In this document: piece by piece, positions 26,555 to 39,503 of the stretch | How positions within the stretch are numbered: position 1 is the first letter of the stretch | Layout: the number at the start of each line of letters is the position of its first letter | DNA from: Octopus vulgaris | Taxonomy: Eukaryota | Length of the DNA stretch: 64,000 nt | Direction: 5' to 3' | Assembly (NCBI GenBank): GCA_951406725.2 | Contig: OX597825.1 | Span: 78,802,001 to 78,866,000 of the forward strand | Program-made: the position numbers and the translations under genes | Notes under the pieces: model-generated | The model's input: only the letters and a program-made list of their open reading frames with translations | Told to the model about the DNA's origin: nothing | Database searches by the model: none

Positions 26555-28392
26555 CCAGTACCGCACCGACTGGCCTCCATGCTGTGGGCACGTAACAATC
26601 ACCATCCAATCGTGGCCGATCGCCAGCCTAATCTGGCACCTGTGTCAGTGGCACATAAAAAACACCATCCGAGCGTGGTCGTCTGCTAGCCTTGTCTGGC
26701 ACCTGTGTCGGTGGCACATAAAAACACCATCCGAGCATGGCCGTTCGCCAGCCTCGTCTGGCACCTGTGTCGGTGGCACATAAAAACACCATCCGAGCGT
26801 GGTCGTCTGCTAGCCTTGTCTGGCACCTGTGTCGGTGGCACATAAAAACACCATCCGAGCATGGCCGTTCGCCAGCCTCGTCTGGCACCTGTGTCGGTGG
26901 CACATAAAAACACCATCCGAGCGTGGTCGTCTGCTAGCCTTGTCTGGCACCTGTGTCGGTGGCACATAAAAACACCATCCGAGCGTGGTCGTCTGCTAGC
27001 CTTGTCTGGCACCTGTGTCGGTGGCACATAAAAACACCATCCGAGCGTGGTCGTCTGCTAGCCTTGTCTGGCACCTGTGTCGGTGGCACATAAAAACACC
27101 ATCCAAGCATGGCCGTTCGCCAGCCTCGTCTGGCACCTGTGTCGGTGGCACATAAAAAAACACCATCCGAGCGTGGTCGTCTGCTAGCCTTGTCTGGCAC
27201 CTGTGTCGGTGGCACATAAAAACACCATCCGAGCGTGGCCGTTCGCCAGCCTTGTCTGGCACCTGTGTCGGTGGCACATAAAAACACCATCCGAGCGTGG
27301 TCGTCTGCTAGCCTTGTCTGGCACCTGTGTCGGTGGCACATAAAAACACCATCCGAGCATGGCCGATCGCCAGCCTCGTCTGGCACCTGTGTCGGTGGCA
27401 CATAAATACACCATCCGAGCGTGGTCGTCTGCTAGCCTTGTCTGGCACCTGTGTCGGTGGCACATAAAAACACCATCCGAGCATGGCCGTTCGCCAGCCT
27501 CGTCTGGCACCTGTGTCGGTGGCACATAAAAAACACCATCCGAGCGTGGTCGTCTGCTAGCCTTGTCTGGCACCTGTGTCGGTGGCACATAAAAACACCA
27601 TCCGAGCATGGCCGTTCGCCAGCCTCGTCTGGCACCTGTGTCGGTGGCACATAAAAAAACACCATCCGAGCGTGGTCGTCTGCTAGCCTTGTCTGGCACC
27701 TGTGTCGGTGGCACATAAAAACACCATCCGAGCATGGCCGTTCGCCAGCCTCGTCTGGCACCTGTGTCGGTGGCACATAAAAAAACACCATCCGAGCGTG
27801 GTCGTCTGCTAGCCTTGTCTGGCACCTGTGTCGGTGGCACATAAAAACACCATCCGAGCATGGCCGTTCGCCAGCCTCGTCTGGCACCTGTGTCGGTGGC
27901 ACATAAAAAAACACCATCCGAGCGTGGTCGTCTGCTAGCCTTGTCTGGCACCTGTGTCGGTGGCACATAAAAACACCATCCGAGCGTGGCCATTCGCCAG
28001 CCTCGTCTGGCACCTGTGTCGGTGGCACATAAAAACACCATCCGAGCGTGGTCGTCTGCTAGCCTTGTCTGGCACCTGTGTCGGTGGCACATAAAAACAC
28101 CATCCGAGCGTGGCCGTTCGCCAGCTTCGTCTGGCACCTGTGTCGGTGGCACATAAAAACACCATCCGAGCGTGGCCGTTCGCCAGCCTCGTCTGGCACC
28201 TGTGTCGGTGGCACATAAAATCACCCACTACACTCTCGGAGTGGTTGGTGTTAGGAAGGGCATCCAGCTGTAGAAACACTGCCAGATCTGACTGGCCTGG
28301 TGCAGCCTTTGGGCTCCCCAGACCCCAGTTGAACCGTCCAACCCATGCTAGCATGGAAAGAGGACGTTAAATGATGATGATGATGATGATGA
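26555..28392 (+). mobile_element. Family C short retroposon (RTE-related, (GAT)n tail) with an expanded internal array
   Basis: 3' end AGGAAGGGCATCCAGCTGTAGAAA...CCAACCCATGCTAGCATGGAAA..GGACGTTAAA(TGA)n. Other copies at about 215-620+, 10620-10812+, 19620-19920-, 25320-25480-, 25500-25790+, 30368-30672-, 31745-31902+, 37208-37830-, 46278-46625-, 48510-48820-, 57320-57590+, 59628-59932-, 61465-61965-. Confidence 0.85.
26632..28222. repeat. 62-bp minisatellite, about 26 units, with alternating A/B variants
   Basis: Unit TCTGGCACCTGTGTCGGTGGCACATAAAAACACCATCCGAGC plus A: GTGGTCGTCTGCTAGCCTTG or B: ATGGCCGTTCGCCAGCCTCG. Confidence 0.97.
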
Positions 28393-29251
28393 TTGATCAG
28401 GTACATCCCAGTTTGGGAATATGTACATCATATTCCTGCTTGTTATGAAGCAAAATTATGTAACAAAGTGGGTATCTGCCTATAATACAATGCATCAGTG
28501 AACCTGACCACCCCGTGCCAATGAGAAAAGTGGACATATTAAGGCAGCAAGCTGGTAGAATCATTAGCATGCCAGGCAAAATGCTTAGCCATATTTTGTC
28601 TGCCACTATGTTCGGAGTTCAAATTCCACCGAGGTCGACTTTGCCTTTCATCCTTTCGGGGTTGATAAATTAAGTACTAGTTGAGTACTGGGGTCGATCT
28701 AATTGACTATTCTCCTCCCCCAAATTTCAAGCCTTGTGCCTATAGTAGAAAAGATTATATATATATATAATTATATAATTATATAATGTCCACAAATATA
28801 TTCATGTGTATACACACACACACTCATACACATAGTTACTATAAATAAAACATACACAAAAATCTACAATCGTAAATGTACATACACGCTACACGTATGT
28901 ATGTATGTATATATAAACAAGGTTAAATTACTAGCAAAACGCTAGAAAGGTTGCTAATGTTTTTCCTAGAGTTATTTGTAAATAAAAATCTTTTTTTCTA
29001 AACCCATTCAACATGACCTATTTGTACTGGTTAAGTCTTCACTGGATGTATTAAAATATTCAAACAAAACACGTAAAAATAAAGAGATTAATGGGTTTTA
29101 AATAAACTGAAACAGAGATAGTTTTCTTTTTGGCAAATAATAAAAAGAGAATTAACTATCAGTCGAACAAAATGAATGCAAATGATGAATGGAATTCTAA
29201 ATATAACATTTCTTGGTTACACTCTTCAAAACATTTACTATTATATATATA

Positions 29252-29666
29252 GGCGCAGGAGTGGCTGTGTGGTAAGCAGCTTGCTAACCAACCACATGGT
29301 TCCGGGTTCAGTCCCACTGCACGGCATCTTGGGCAAGTGTCTTCTGCTATAGCCCCGGGCCGACCAATGCCTTGTGAGTGGATTTGGTAGACGGAAACTG
29401 AAAGAAGCCTGTCGTATATATGTATATATATATATATATAAGTGTGTGTGTGTATATGTTTGTGTGTCTGTGTTTGTCCCCCTAGCATTGCTTGACAACC
29501 GATGCTGGTGTGTTTACGTCCCCATCACTTAGCAGTTTGGCAAAAGAGACCGATAGAATAAGTACTGGGCTTACAAAGAATAAGTCCTGGGGTCGATTTG
29601 CTCGACTAAAGGCGGTGCTCCAGCATGGCCGCAGTCAAATAACTGAAACAAGTTAAAGAGTAAAGA

Positions 29667-29668
<2 letters not shown>
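29252..29668 (+). mobile_element. tRNA-derived SINE, family A, full-length reference copy
   Basis: Head GGCGCAGGAGTGGCTGTGTGG (A box)...GGTTCAGTCCC (B box), central (TA)(TG) tract, conserved 3' half ending GAAACAAGT(T)AAAGAG. Other copies at about 4635-5345+, 7745-8690+, 9650-10010-, 11920-12240+, 12255-12585-, 12880-13020+, 14855-15710-, 16653-16815+, 17670-18085+, 24907-25285+, 25923-26312+, 46110-46265+. Confidence 0.9.
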
Positions 29669-29704
<36 letters not shown>

Positions 29705-30679
29705 CTGTAGAAGATTCATTGCTATTCAAAATATCTACTTTGAAATTTTTTTTTGTTTATATATATGCATACACATGTACTTACACACCAATATATTTAA
29801 ACACACCCATATAAACATACACACACACACATATAAATATACATACAGTGTGTAAGAGAAAATTCTGCTGGTATGGTCATGTGACGTGTATAGATGAAAA
29901 CAGCTGTATAAAGTGACAATCACTTAAAACTGATGGAACTTAAGGGAGAGAGAGAGACCCCAGAAGACACTCCATGCATCTCATCTCCCTACCCACCAAC
30001 CCTTCCCCAACAACCATCCCTCCCTGACACATTATATCCCCTAACCCTTTGTACCTCAGGTTCATGTCTTCCTTCCTTCCCATGTGCCCCCAGCTATTCT
30101 TCCCCCTCTTCTGCCATGCTTCATCTGAACATCTTGAATCAGCTACTATTCCTAGGGCACTCCATCTCTGCCACCCCACCCTCTCATATAGCTACCCTTC
30201 CTATACCGCTACATCTGCATCTACTTTAGTTCCATCTACTTTAAGTGACCAGCACTTTTTCGTGCAGCTGTCCTCGATATGCATTCCATAACTAAACCAG
30301 GGCAGTCTTCTCTCTTGCACATAACTTTTCTCTCACTACATTAGCACTTTGTCATACATGCACACTCATCATTATCATCATCATTATTTAGCATCCGCTT
30401 TCCATTCTAGCATGGGTTGGACGGTTCAACTGGGGTCTGGGAAGCCAGAAGGCTGCACCAGGCTCCAATCTGATCTGGCAAGGTTTCTACAGCTGAATTC
30501 CCTTCCTAATGCCAACGACTCCGTGAGTGTAGTGGGTGCTTTTTACGTGCCACCGGAACAGGTGCCAGATGGGGCTGGCAAACGGCCACAGTTGGATGGT
30601 GCTTTTTACATGCCACCGGTATGGGCGCCAGGCGAGGCTGGCAATGACCACGATCGGATGGTGCTTTTTACATTGCATA

Positions 30680-31670
30680 TCCAACAAAGCATGCTAGCTT
30701 CATTCCTCTCTAGTCTTCACGTGTCCTCTGCATTCAGGTCCCACATCTCTACCACGTAGTGTAATTGTTTGTAAACAAGCATCATACAATCTGCCTTTCA
30801 CTGCCAACAGAGGCCTAATAGTTCTCTGAACTGTCTCCATCCCATTCTTATTCTAGCAACTAGACTTTAAGAACATCCTCCTCCACTGCGAATTAGGTCA
30901 CCCAGGTAAGAGAAACTATCACCTCCAGGAAGCCTACAGGGCATTTGAGAAAATTTGTTAGCCGTGGGTCTTTAGAATTCATTGCTCCTGCACATCCTTT
31001 ACACATAAGCACTGCTTGTTTTGTTAGCCTTCCTGTAATTCCGTCCATAATTTGCCCTGGGTACATCGTATGGAGTTCCTGCCAATACCTTTCCCACATA
31101 TTGAGCAGGGCCATTTACCTGAAGGAGGTACATCACATACAGTCTAATTCTGTTCCTAATTAGACCAGGCTATAACTCTCTCAGTAACTTTCATGATCTG
31201 GTCCAGCAATTTGATACCTCTGTAATTATTTCTATTTAAGGTATCGTCTTTACCCTTGAGCTGACTATAATGTTACTTCTCTAGTCATTGGGTAGGGCAC
31301 CTTCCTGAATAACCTGATTAACCAATAAGGGTGACAAGGCTACATCCTACTCTATACCATCCTCTCATACCAAGTTTTTCTCTCAGCAAATTTCTACTTT
31401 GTCAAACATGCACACTGATGTTGCACGTCCAATAAAGCCTACTAATTCCATTCCTCTTTCGTCTTCACATGTCCTCTGCATTCAGGGTCCATGTCTCACT
31501 AGCATCTAACATTGCTATTCATACATAAGCATCATTCAATCTGCCTTTCACTTTGACAGAGAGAGAGAGAGACAGAGCTTTTGTTACCAACAGAAGTAAT
31601 GGTTCTTTGAATTGTCTCCATCCTGCTCTTTGTTAGGCAACTATACTTTCAGAATACACTCCTCCACAGT
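30680..31670 (-). mobile_element. Rearranged RTE-clade LINE fragments
   Basis: KGKDDTLNRNNYRGIKLLDQ at ~31198-31258, plus two copies (~30690-30890, ~31420-31670) of the 3' ORF segment also seen at 55150-55340. Confidence 0.75.
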
Positions 31671-31904
31671 ACACATCAAGGTTGCAGTCGACAGAGTTTA
31701 TGTTCTTAGCACATTGCTTTACAACAGAGAGACCTGGAATATCCCTCGGAGTGGTTGGCATTAGGAAGGGCATCCAGCTGTAAGAACCCTTACCAGTTCA
31801 GATGAGAGCCTGGTGCAGCTTTCTAGTTTGCCAGTCCTCAGTCAAACCGTCCAACACATGCCAACATGGAAAGTGGACATTAAATGACGATGATGATGAT
31901 GATG

Positions 31905-32400
31905 GAGGAACAAGGTCTTAATATCTTCCACATATGCAACCTGAAACACATTCTGAACATCGAGTGGACTGACCAAGTCACATGCAGAGACCCAACCTTC
32001 TCATCCTACTGCCACAAAGACCTTTCTGCTGGCTGGGCCATACAAACCACATGCCTGATGGGAAGGTCCTAAAAGACCTGCTATATGGTGAACTGGCTTC
32101 CAGTAAGAGAACACAAGACGACCTCATCTTCATTGCCCTTTAAATGAATGTTAAAAAGCAGGACATTGCTGACGATCGCTCCTGCTGAAGACTACAACTA
32201 GAGAAGGGTTTAAAAAGACATGAGGAGAGGCAGACAATACAGAAGAAGAGCAAACTTAATGAAGAAACTGTACCAAGAGAAAACTGACAAGCAGAGCCCT
32301 CATGCGTAGCCAGTGCAACCAAGACGGTTGCTCACATTTTGGTGTCTACAGTCACAACAGATGCTGTTCTACCAACAAAACTAAAGCAAAATGCAGGAAC
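31905..32400 (+). mobile_element. RTE-BovB-like LINE 3' fragment
   Basis: WLGHTNHMPDGKVLKDLLYGELASSKRT resembles the W.GHV.RM...PK.LLYGEL..GKR motif of BovB-type ORF C-termini. Confidence 0.65.
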
Positions 32401-33459
32401 TTGAGAGATTAACAGATGTTTCTACATATATATATTACACCAGGGACATGCCACCTAGATAGGCAGTGCCTACCTTGAATTAAATAAATTGATAGCAACA
32501 TTTTCCAGTTATGGCAAAATATGGACCTAATTCAATAAAATTATGAAGGTTACTGATTACTCTGCATAAAATACAAAATATTTTACTTTTTTGTAGATTA
32601 GGTTGGCATAATTCGCCCCTGCCTTTCAATCTCAGTATTTAAGCTACACATAGGACTGCTGTAGTACACGTCCTACAACACCGTTTTCTTTACGCACTAT
32701 AAAGGCAGAAGTAAATCTGCCTACAGCTCACTCACATACCTGTGTTTAGCTTACTTTTTGTGTGTTTTACCACATATATGTCACCATCTCTACTCACATG
32801 GTCAAAGGCCTTCTTGAGAACAATGAAAGCAATATAAAGTTGTTGTGTTTGCTCTATACATTTTTCTTGTTGTTGTAGGGAGAAAAATCCTGTGAATTGT
32901 GGAATGGCCTGAAGTCAAACTGAGACACAAGGAATGCCCTTTCAGTGATTTTCTGCAATCTGCAAAGACCTTCATTGAACAGTTTCACAGGAGCTGATCA
33001 GCTGAAGGGTTGTTCATACTCCCTGTCTGTTTTGGCATGGTTCATATGGCTGGATGCCCTTCCTAATGCCAACCGCTTTACAGAGTGTGCTGGGTGCTTT
33101 GAAGCAGCACCAACCCAGGTACTTTTTACGTGGCACCAACACCTAAGAGTCCGCGAGATTAGGGATGCTCAGCTGGAGGGGGTTGCAAGGGATGATCCTG
33201 TATGCAAGGGTGACCACATTTTTACTTAGCTTAACATGTCTTTTCAAGCACAGCAAACCACCAGGAGCCTTGGTCCCCTGTCATAAATAAAAATAAAATT
33301 CCTCTGTGCTTGATGAAATCATTTCTATATCCTCTCTTCTTGTACTGAGTACAATATTGCAGTCTCTCATGTCCTGTGGAACTGCTCCTCCTCCTTTCCA
33401 GCACTGGCCCCGATGCTGATTGTTTGTTTGTTAAGCAAAGTGGTCTTCGTCCCATTAGT

Positions 33460-33795
33460 GTGAGAAGTCCAAAACGTGGTCCTTTGCTATTCGTAAGACC
33501 CGCAGAAGAGAAAGCAGGTCAACCCCCGACACCGAGAGCGTCGACGGATGGATGAATGCGCATCCAGGCTCAGCGGTTGCGTAGGAAGTCAGGGACAAGA
33601 AACAGGAAGAAAGAGGGAGAGAAAGTTGGAGCGAAAGAGTACAACAGGGGTCGCCACCACCCCCTGCCAGAGCCTCATGGAGCTTTAGGTGTTTTCGCTC
33701 AATAAACACACACACAACGCCTGGTCTGGGAATCGAAACTGCGATGCTCCGACTGTGAGTCCACTGCCTTAACCAATGAGCCACTGCGCCTCCAC
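33460..33795 (-). mobile_element. tRNA-derived SINE (further family); related heads at about 44893-45170+, 35950-36300+ and 57930-58170+
   Basis: Head GTGGAGGCGCAGTGGCTCATTGGTTAAGGCAGTGGACTC...GTTTCGATTCCC with A/B-box spacing; body shared with 44893-45170. Confidence 0.7.
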
Positions 33796-34703
33796 TTGCC
33801 TGTGCTGATCATACAAGATGCTCTTTTCAAACTTTATGGTCTCCAGTGGAATGCCATCCAAGCCTGGTACCCTTGCCACTAGAAAAAACAACCAAAGGCT
33901 TTACTTCAGCAGACAACACTGCAGCAAGTTCTTCCATTAGAGACAGATATTCAATGACTCAAGCAGCGAAGTGGATATCAGCCACAACTCTTAACCAAGC
34001 TGCTGGGGGAAGCATGGGATTGGCAGCACAAATGGCAACATGCATCATTGACTTGAGTTTTGCACATGCCAACATTTACTTCCACTTTAGGCCCATAGCC
34101 CTGTAGGTTATGAGGTGACCTCCACTAGCAGTAGAGCCACAAAAGAGCACTCAGTACACTAGGTAAACTGGGTGGTATTAGGAAGAGTATCTAATTGTAG
34201 AAACCATGCCAAAGTAGACAGTGAAGCAGGAGGAAGTTCTCCATTCTGTCAGGAGGTTGTCCACCATGATTTCCAACTTTGTTTCTTTGCTTTTATGGCT
34301 CTGTCTACCTCACTGTCCCACCACCAGATCACCTTCCATCTAGCTGGACCCTTACACCAACTACTTGTTTATTCTCTGGCCCTCAGTATGTTGTTGTACA
34401 GGAGCCTCCAGTTGTCCTCTTTGCTATGAGTTTATATGTCTGCCTCCCTTCTTTTGCCAAATGCTTCACCAAGAATTTCTCTAAATTTCTGATTCTTTGA
34501 CGGATTTTTAAGCTTCTATATCTTCCTTTCCCAAACTGAATCATACTTCCCAAGTCCTAGCTCTAAATCTGAAATCACTAACCCCTAATCTAAGTTGGGT
34601 TAGATCAGACTGGAGCCTGGTGCAGCCTCCTGGCTTCCCAGATCTCGGTCAAACTGTCCAGCCCATGCTAGCATGGAAAACGGACATTAAACAATGATGA
34701 TGA

Positions 34704-34757
<54 letters not shown>

Positions 34758-35724
34758 GTAATAAAATGGTTTATACATGGTGGCTTACTGGTAAAGCACG
34801 ATCACTTTCACAGTGCTCGTTATGCATTTGGTTAATGAGAGACAGAAGATGGAAGATACGAGAATTTTAATTAATCACTAGGATTGTTTCAACCCATCAG
34901 CTAACATCAATCCCTAATGAGTAGGATTCTCAACTGGTTCAGGAGCATCCAATGGTGCAGATGTGTCTCTTCAAGAGATAAATAGATACAACTCATTAAA
35001 ATAACAGTTCCACAAAGTATCTTCTCAATTCATGTAAAGAAAAGCAGCAAATTAAAGGATCTACCTTCATTTATATGGAAGATCAGTAATGAAATAACAA
35101 CTGCAAAACAAAGAAATGAACATGCAATACAGCAAGAAAAGTATTAAATATAACCATTAACGGACATGGATGTAGAAAACACTCTTACGCAGGTTGTATG
35201 GCACATGTACTCTTGCTCATATGAGAATCCACAAAGATGTAAGCATATGCACATGTGCGGTTCGGTGCACATACATTCACATGGTGAGCTAAATAGGAAG
35301 ACATGGGACAGATTGGTGAGAAATGATCTTCAGATGTTGAATTTTACAGAGGAGTGTTGTGGGGGGACTGGCATGTCAAAGAACATACCCAACATTTCCT
35401 CTGCATGTCATAAAAGGGTGACTAAAAGGGGCTGAGATAGGACTTGCACTCCAGCCTCATAAAACTCTCATCAGTAATAACTACCCAAAAAAAACTCATG
35501 GGAGGGAAGGTTGTCACTCAAATGGTGCAAAGGGAATCACTAACAAATGGCAAGATACAGCAACACAGTTATAGCAGATGCCTCCAAACTGCAGAGGAGA
35601 TGACATGGGACTGAGACTTCTGGCTATTTGTTGTGCTTAGGAAGACATATCAAGTAAAATCATGGCCATCCATACATACAGACATGTCCTTTATAGCAAT
35701 GTGCCACCACCTATATCTATCCAT

Positions 35725-35900
35725 GCTGTGGGATAGTTCGTATCACACACATGGGTATAAAAGAGGGTGAGCTGATTCGTGATGTCCTCCTCCCACCTCC
35801 ACTTCCCAACTGGCACAAACGCATGGGCAGACAGCTGAAGACCTGGGCAACGACGATAAAGGAGGACCTTTCCGAACTATCAGGTGGTCGGTCTGCACAG
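35725..35900 (+). mobile_element. RTE-type LINE C-terminal fragment
   Basis: GELIRDVLLPPPLPNWHKRMGRQLKTWATTIKEDL. A related fragment (GGQRKTWLMTVKTDLE...W.AFVRD) is at 60574-60800 on the minus strand. Confidence 0.55.
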
Positions 35901-37401
35901 ATGGAACAGCAAAGTAAGTACATATATATATACAGATATATATATATATATAGTGAAGATGCATGGCTCAGTGGTTAGGGCATTGGGCTCAAAATCATGA
36001 GGTAGTGAGTTTGATTCCCTGACCAGTCTGTATGTTATGTTCTTGAGCAAGACCCTTTAGTTCACGTAGCTCCAGTTTGCTCAGCTGTAGAAATGAGTTG
36101 TAACATCACTGATGTCAAGTTGTACTGGACTTGGCCTTTCCCTTGGATAACATCAGTGGCATGGAGGGGAGAGGCTGGCATGCATGGGCAACCTGATTGT
36201 CTTCCATAAAAAACAACCTTGCTTGGATTTGTCCCTCACAGGGAAACTTTCTAGGTTTCAATCCCATGATCATTCATGGCCAAAGGAGGTCTTTACCCTT
36301 TTATATGTGTGCGTGTGTGTGATTGTGCATATGTTTGCGTCTCTGTGTTTGTCCCTCCAACATCATCACTTGACAACTGATGCCAGTGTTTACATCCCCG
36401 TAACTTAGCAGTTCAGCAAAAGAGTTTGATAGAATAAATACTAGGCTTACAAAGAATAAGTTCTGGGGTCGATTTGTTCAACTAAAGGCAATGCTCCAGC
36501 AGGGTCGCAGTCAAATGACAAACAGATAAAAGAATATATATGTACATACACACACATAAAACATATCTGTCCTCTGTCAAAACTTCCCCACACCTTCCTA
36601 TTTCACCACCCATGACCACCAACCACTGCAGACCCTTTCACTCTCTCTCATGTGCCTACCTGCACACACTACCTGCCCTCATATATCTACCATACTTGCT
36701 AGTCACCTTCTCTCCATCACCATACATCTCCCCTTACACTTTTAAGGAACACACCCTGCAAGCCCTTCTGTACCACTCATACTCTCCCCATCCACTCTTC
36801 CCTATGGGTAGGTCCTGATGCATCTCCAACACCATCTATTTCTTTCTCTTTTTTTTTCCTACTAGGGTAGCCAAGCACCTCCTCTATTGTAAGACAACTA
36901 TATCTCTCTCTCTATTATACTGTAACCTTTCACACAGTCACTCCCCACCCAGTTCCACCCCCACACCACACCCCTCCCAACTGAGAGGTCTTCACCTCGC
37001 AAGTTATTCGGCAACCCTGCTAAAGCACCAGAGCTGGTGCCACATCAAAACCACCCAGTACATACTGTAAAGTGGTTGGTATTACGAAGGGCGTCCGCTC
37101 ACAGAAACCATGCTAAAGCAATGGAGCTTGGTGCAGCTCTCTACCTTGCCAGCTCTTGTTAGTCTAACCCATGCCAGCTTAGAAATGACATGGGAATATA
37201 TATATATCATCATCATCATTGTCGTTTAACGACCGCTTTCCATGCTAGCATGGGTTGGACGGTTTGACTGTGGGTTGGCGAACCAGATGGCTGCACCAAG
37301 CTCCAATCTTGATCTGGCAGAGTTTCTACAGCTGGATGCCCTTCCTAAAACCAACCACTCCGAGAGTGCAGTGGGTGCTTTTTACGTGCCACCGGCACAG
37401 G

Positions 37402-37686
37402 GGCCAGTCAAGCGGTACTGGCAACGACCTTGCTCGAATTTTTACACATGGGCCAACCAGGCGGTACTGGCAACGACCTCGCTCGAATTTTTACACATGG
37501 GCCAGTCAGGTGGTACTTGCAACGACCTCGCTCGAATTTTTACACATGGGCCAGTCAGGCGGTACTTGCAACGACCTCGCTCGAATTTTTGGGTCCAGTC
37601 AGGCGGTACTGGCAACGACCTCGCTCGAATTTTTGGGGCCAGTCAGGCGGTACTGGCAACGACCTCGCTAGAATTTTTTACACATG
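37402..37686. repeat. 44-50-bp minisatellite, 6 units, inside a family C element
   Basis: Unit GGCCAGTCAGGCGGTACT(G/T)GCAACGACCTCGCTCGAATTTTT(ACACATG). Confidence 0.92.
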
Positions 37687-37830
37687 CCAACAGCACAGGT
37701 GCCAGGAAGGCGATACTGGTAACGATCCCGCTCGAATGGTGCCTCTTACCTGCCACCGGCACGGAAGTCAGTTAGCCGCTTTGGCAACGTTCACGCTCAG
37801 ATGGTGCTCTTAGCACCCTACTAGCACTGG

Positions 37831-37865
<35 letters not shown>

Positions 37866-39025
37866 TTGTGTGTATCGTCATCATTTAACGTCCGCTTTTC
37901 CAAGCTGGCAGGGGTTAGACTGTTTGACAAGAGCTAGCAAGCCAGAATTCTGCACCAATCTCTACTGTCTGCTTTAGTGTGCTCTCTATGGCTGGATGCC
38001 GTTCCTGTATTCGTGTGTGTGTAGGAATATCATCAAACCGTAGAAAGCATACTAAAGCAAACAGCAAAGCGTGTGTGTGTGTGTGTACAGACATACATGT
38101 ATATACCTAACATTCCGTTGTACTCCTAGCGCGAAACCAAGTGGTAAGATCGACAGTGATGGATATATAATACTGTAGACCTCGGATTATATATACACAC
38201 ACACATGTATCTATGTGTATGTAAATATGCATGTGCCTGCAACTTATGTATATGTGAAGATGTATATACACATATAAGCAGATATGAGCATATATGTAAA
38301 CAATGTGTGCACACACAAACACACATATATATATATATATATTTGCATCCATGCATGCATGCACAAATACGTGCGCGCGTGTAACTATCCCATCCCTGCG
38401 TCCAAGTCGACCTGATCGTGTAAGACCTGTGATCAAAGTCATTCAAGCGAAGACCGTCTCGTCTCGTTTTCTTTCCTTTAAGGCAACCCCCATCATCATT
38501 ACATTTACACAAAAACAAAATGTCCTCATTTATGATGGTAGCTGTTTGTTATTCGAGTGAGATTTGGCTGCGACTTCTAACAGGTCTCGTACCAGGCAGA
38601 TGTTGCACTGTTAACCACATCAACCGTTAATCTAAACATGTTTCTATCCTACGAAAGCACTTTTGCACTTTTCACTGTTTATTTTGCCAAAACTATACAG
38701 TTTCAGCCAGTCTTCCTAGGGGTTAAAAAAAAGGGGGAGGCTTCTACGTGGTGGTGACTTGATTTGGTATATATGTAATAGCAATCAAACGTCTTCGAAT
38801 CACACCCTACTAAAGGCACGCTAAATTATGTAGTACAAAACATAATCATAAGACAGGATGGTCACCGTTGAAATGACTTTGAGCGCAGGTGTGTTCGGGC
38901 AAGGTTGTCCAGCGAATCCTACGATGACCATCTTTCCCCCATCAAATTGAGGATCCTTTGATAACCAAAATATCACAGGAGCTAAAACAACAACAGAGAT
39001 ATATAAACGAAAAAGAAAATATATC

Positions 39026-39061
<36 letters not shown>

Positions 39062-39292
39062 TACGCACGAACACATCCATCATTTACTTTTGTTGTTTTT
39101 ATATTTTCTGGTTTAATTTTCGGGTGTAGGGTATTTGTTTATTTTAAATTTGTTTTTGTGTCGTTGCTTTTTCACAATCTAGGGGCGATCTTGTTCCCCC
39201 AGAGACCCCCACGAAGACAATGAAATTTGATTCAATCCATGTACATATAGCTACATGTTTAATTAAACACAACATCTATACACACACACACA

Positions 39293-39347
<55 letters not shown>

Positions 39348-39461
39348 CCTGCTCGCTTAGCCAGCGGGGTGGTGTCATTTGAAGGCTAAAACAATGCGAA
39401 GCGCATTGTGACCAGCGATGTATAGCAACATCTGATAGCCTGGTCGGTCACAGTGATCACG

Positions 39462-39503
<42 letters not shown>

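Noticed and set aside
26632-28222. CRISPR array or 346-aa repetitive protein
   Set aside because: The variable segments are two recurring homologous variants, not unique spacers. There are no cas genes, the context is eukaryotic, and the ORFs arise from a unit with few stop codons.
29252-29325. tRNA genes
   Set aside because: A/B-box heads run directly into SINE bodies, with no complete cloverleaf or terminator.
33846-34106. 86-aa ORF ending YFHFRPIAL, faintly like the C-terminus of site-specific non-LTR elements
   Set aside because: Similarity is limited to a few residues and cannot be supported without a profile search.
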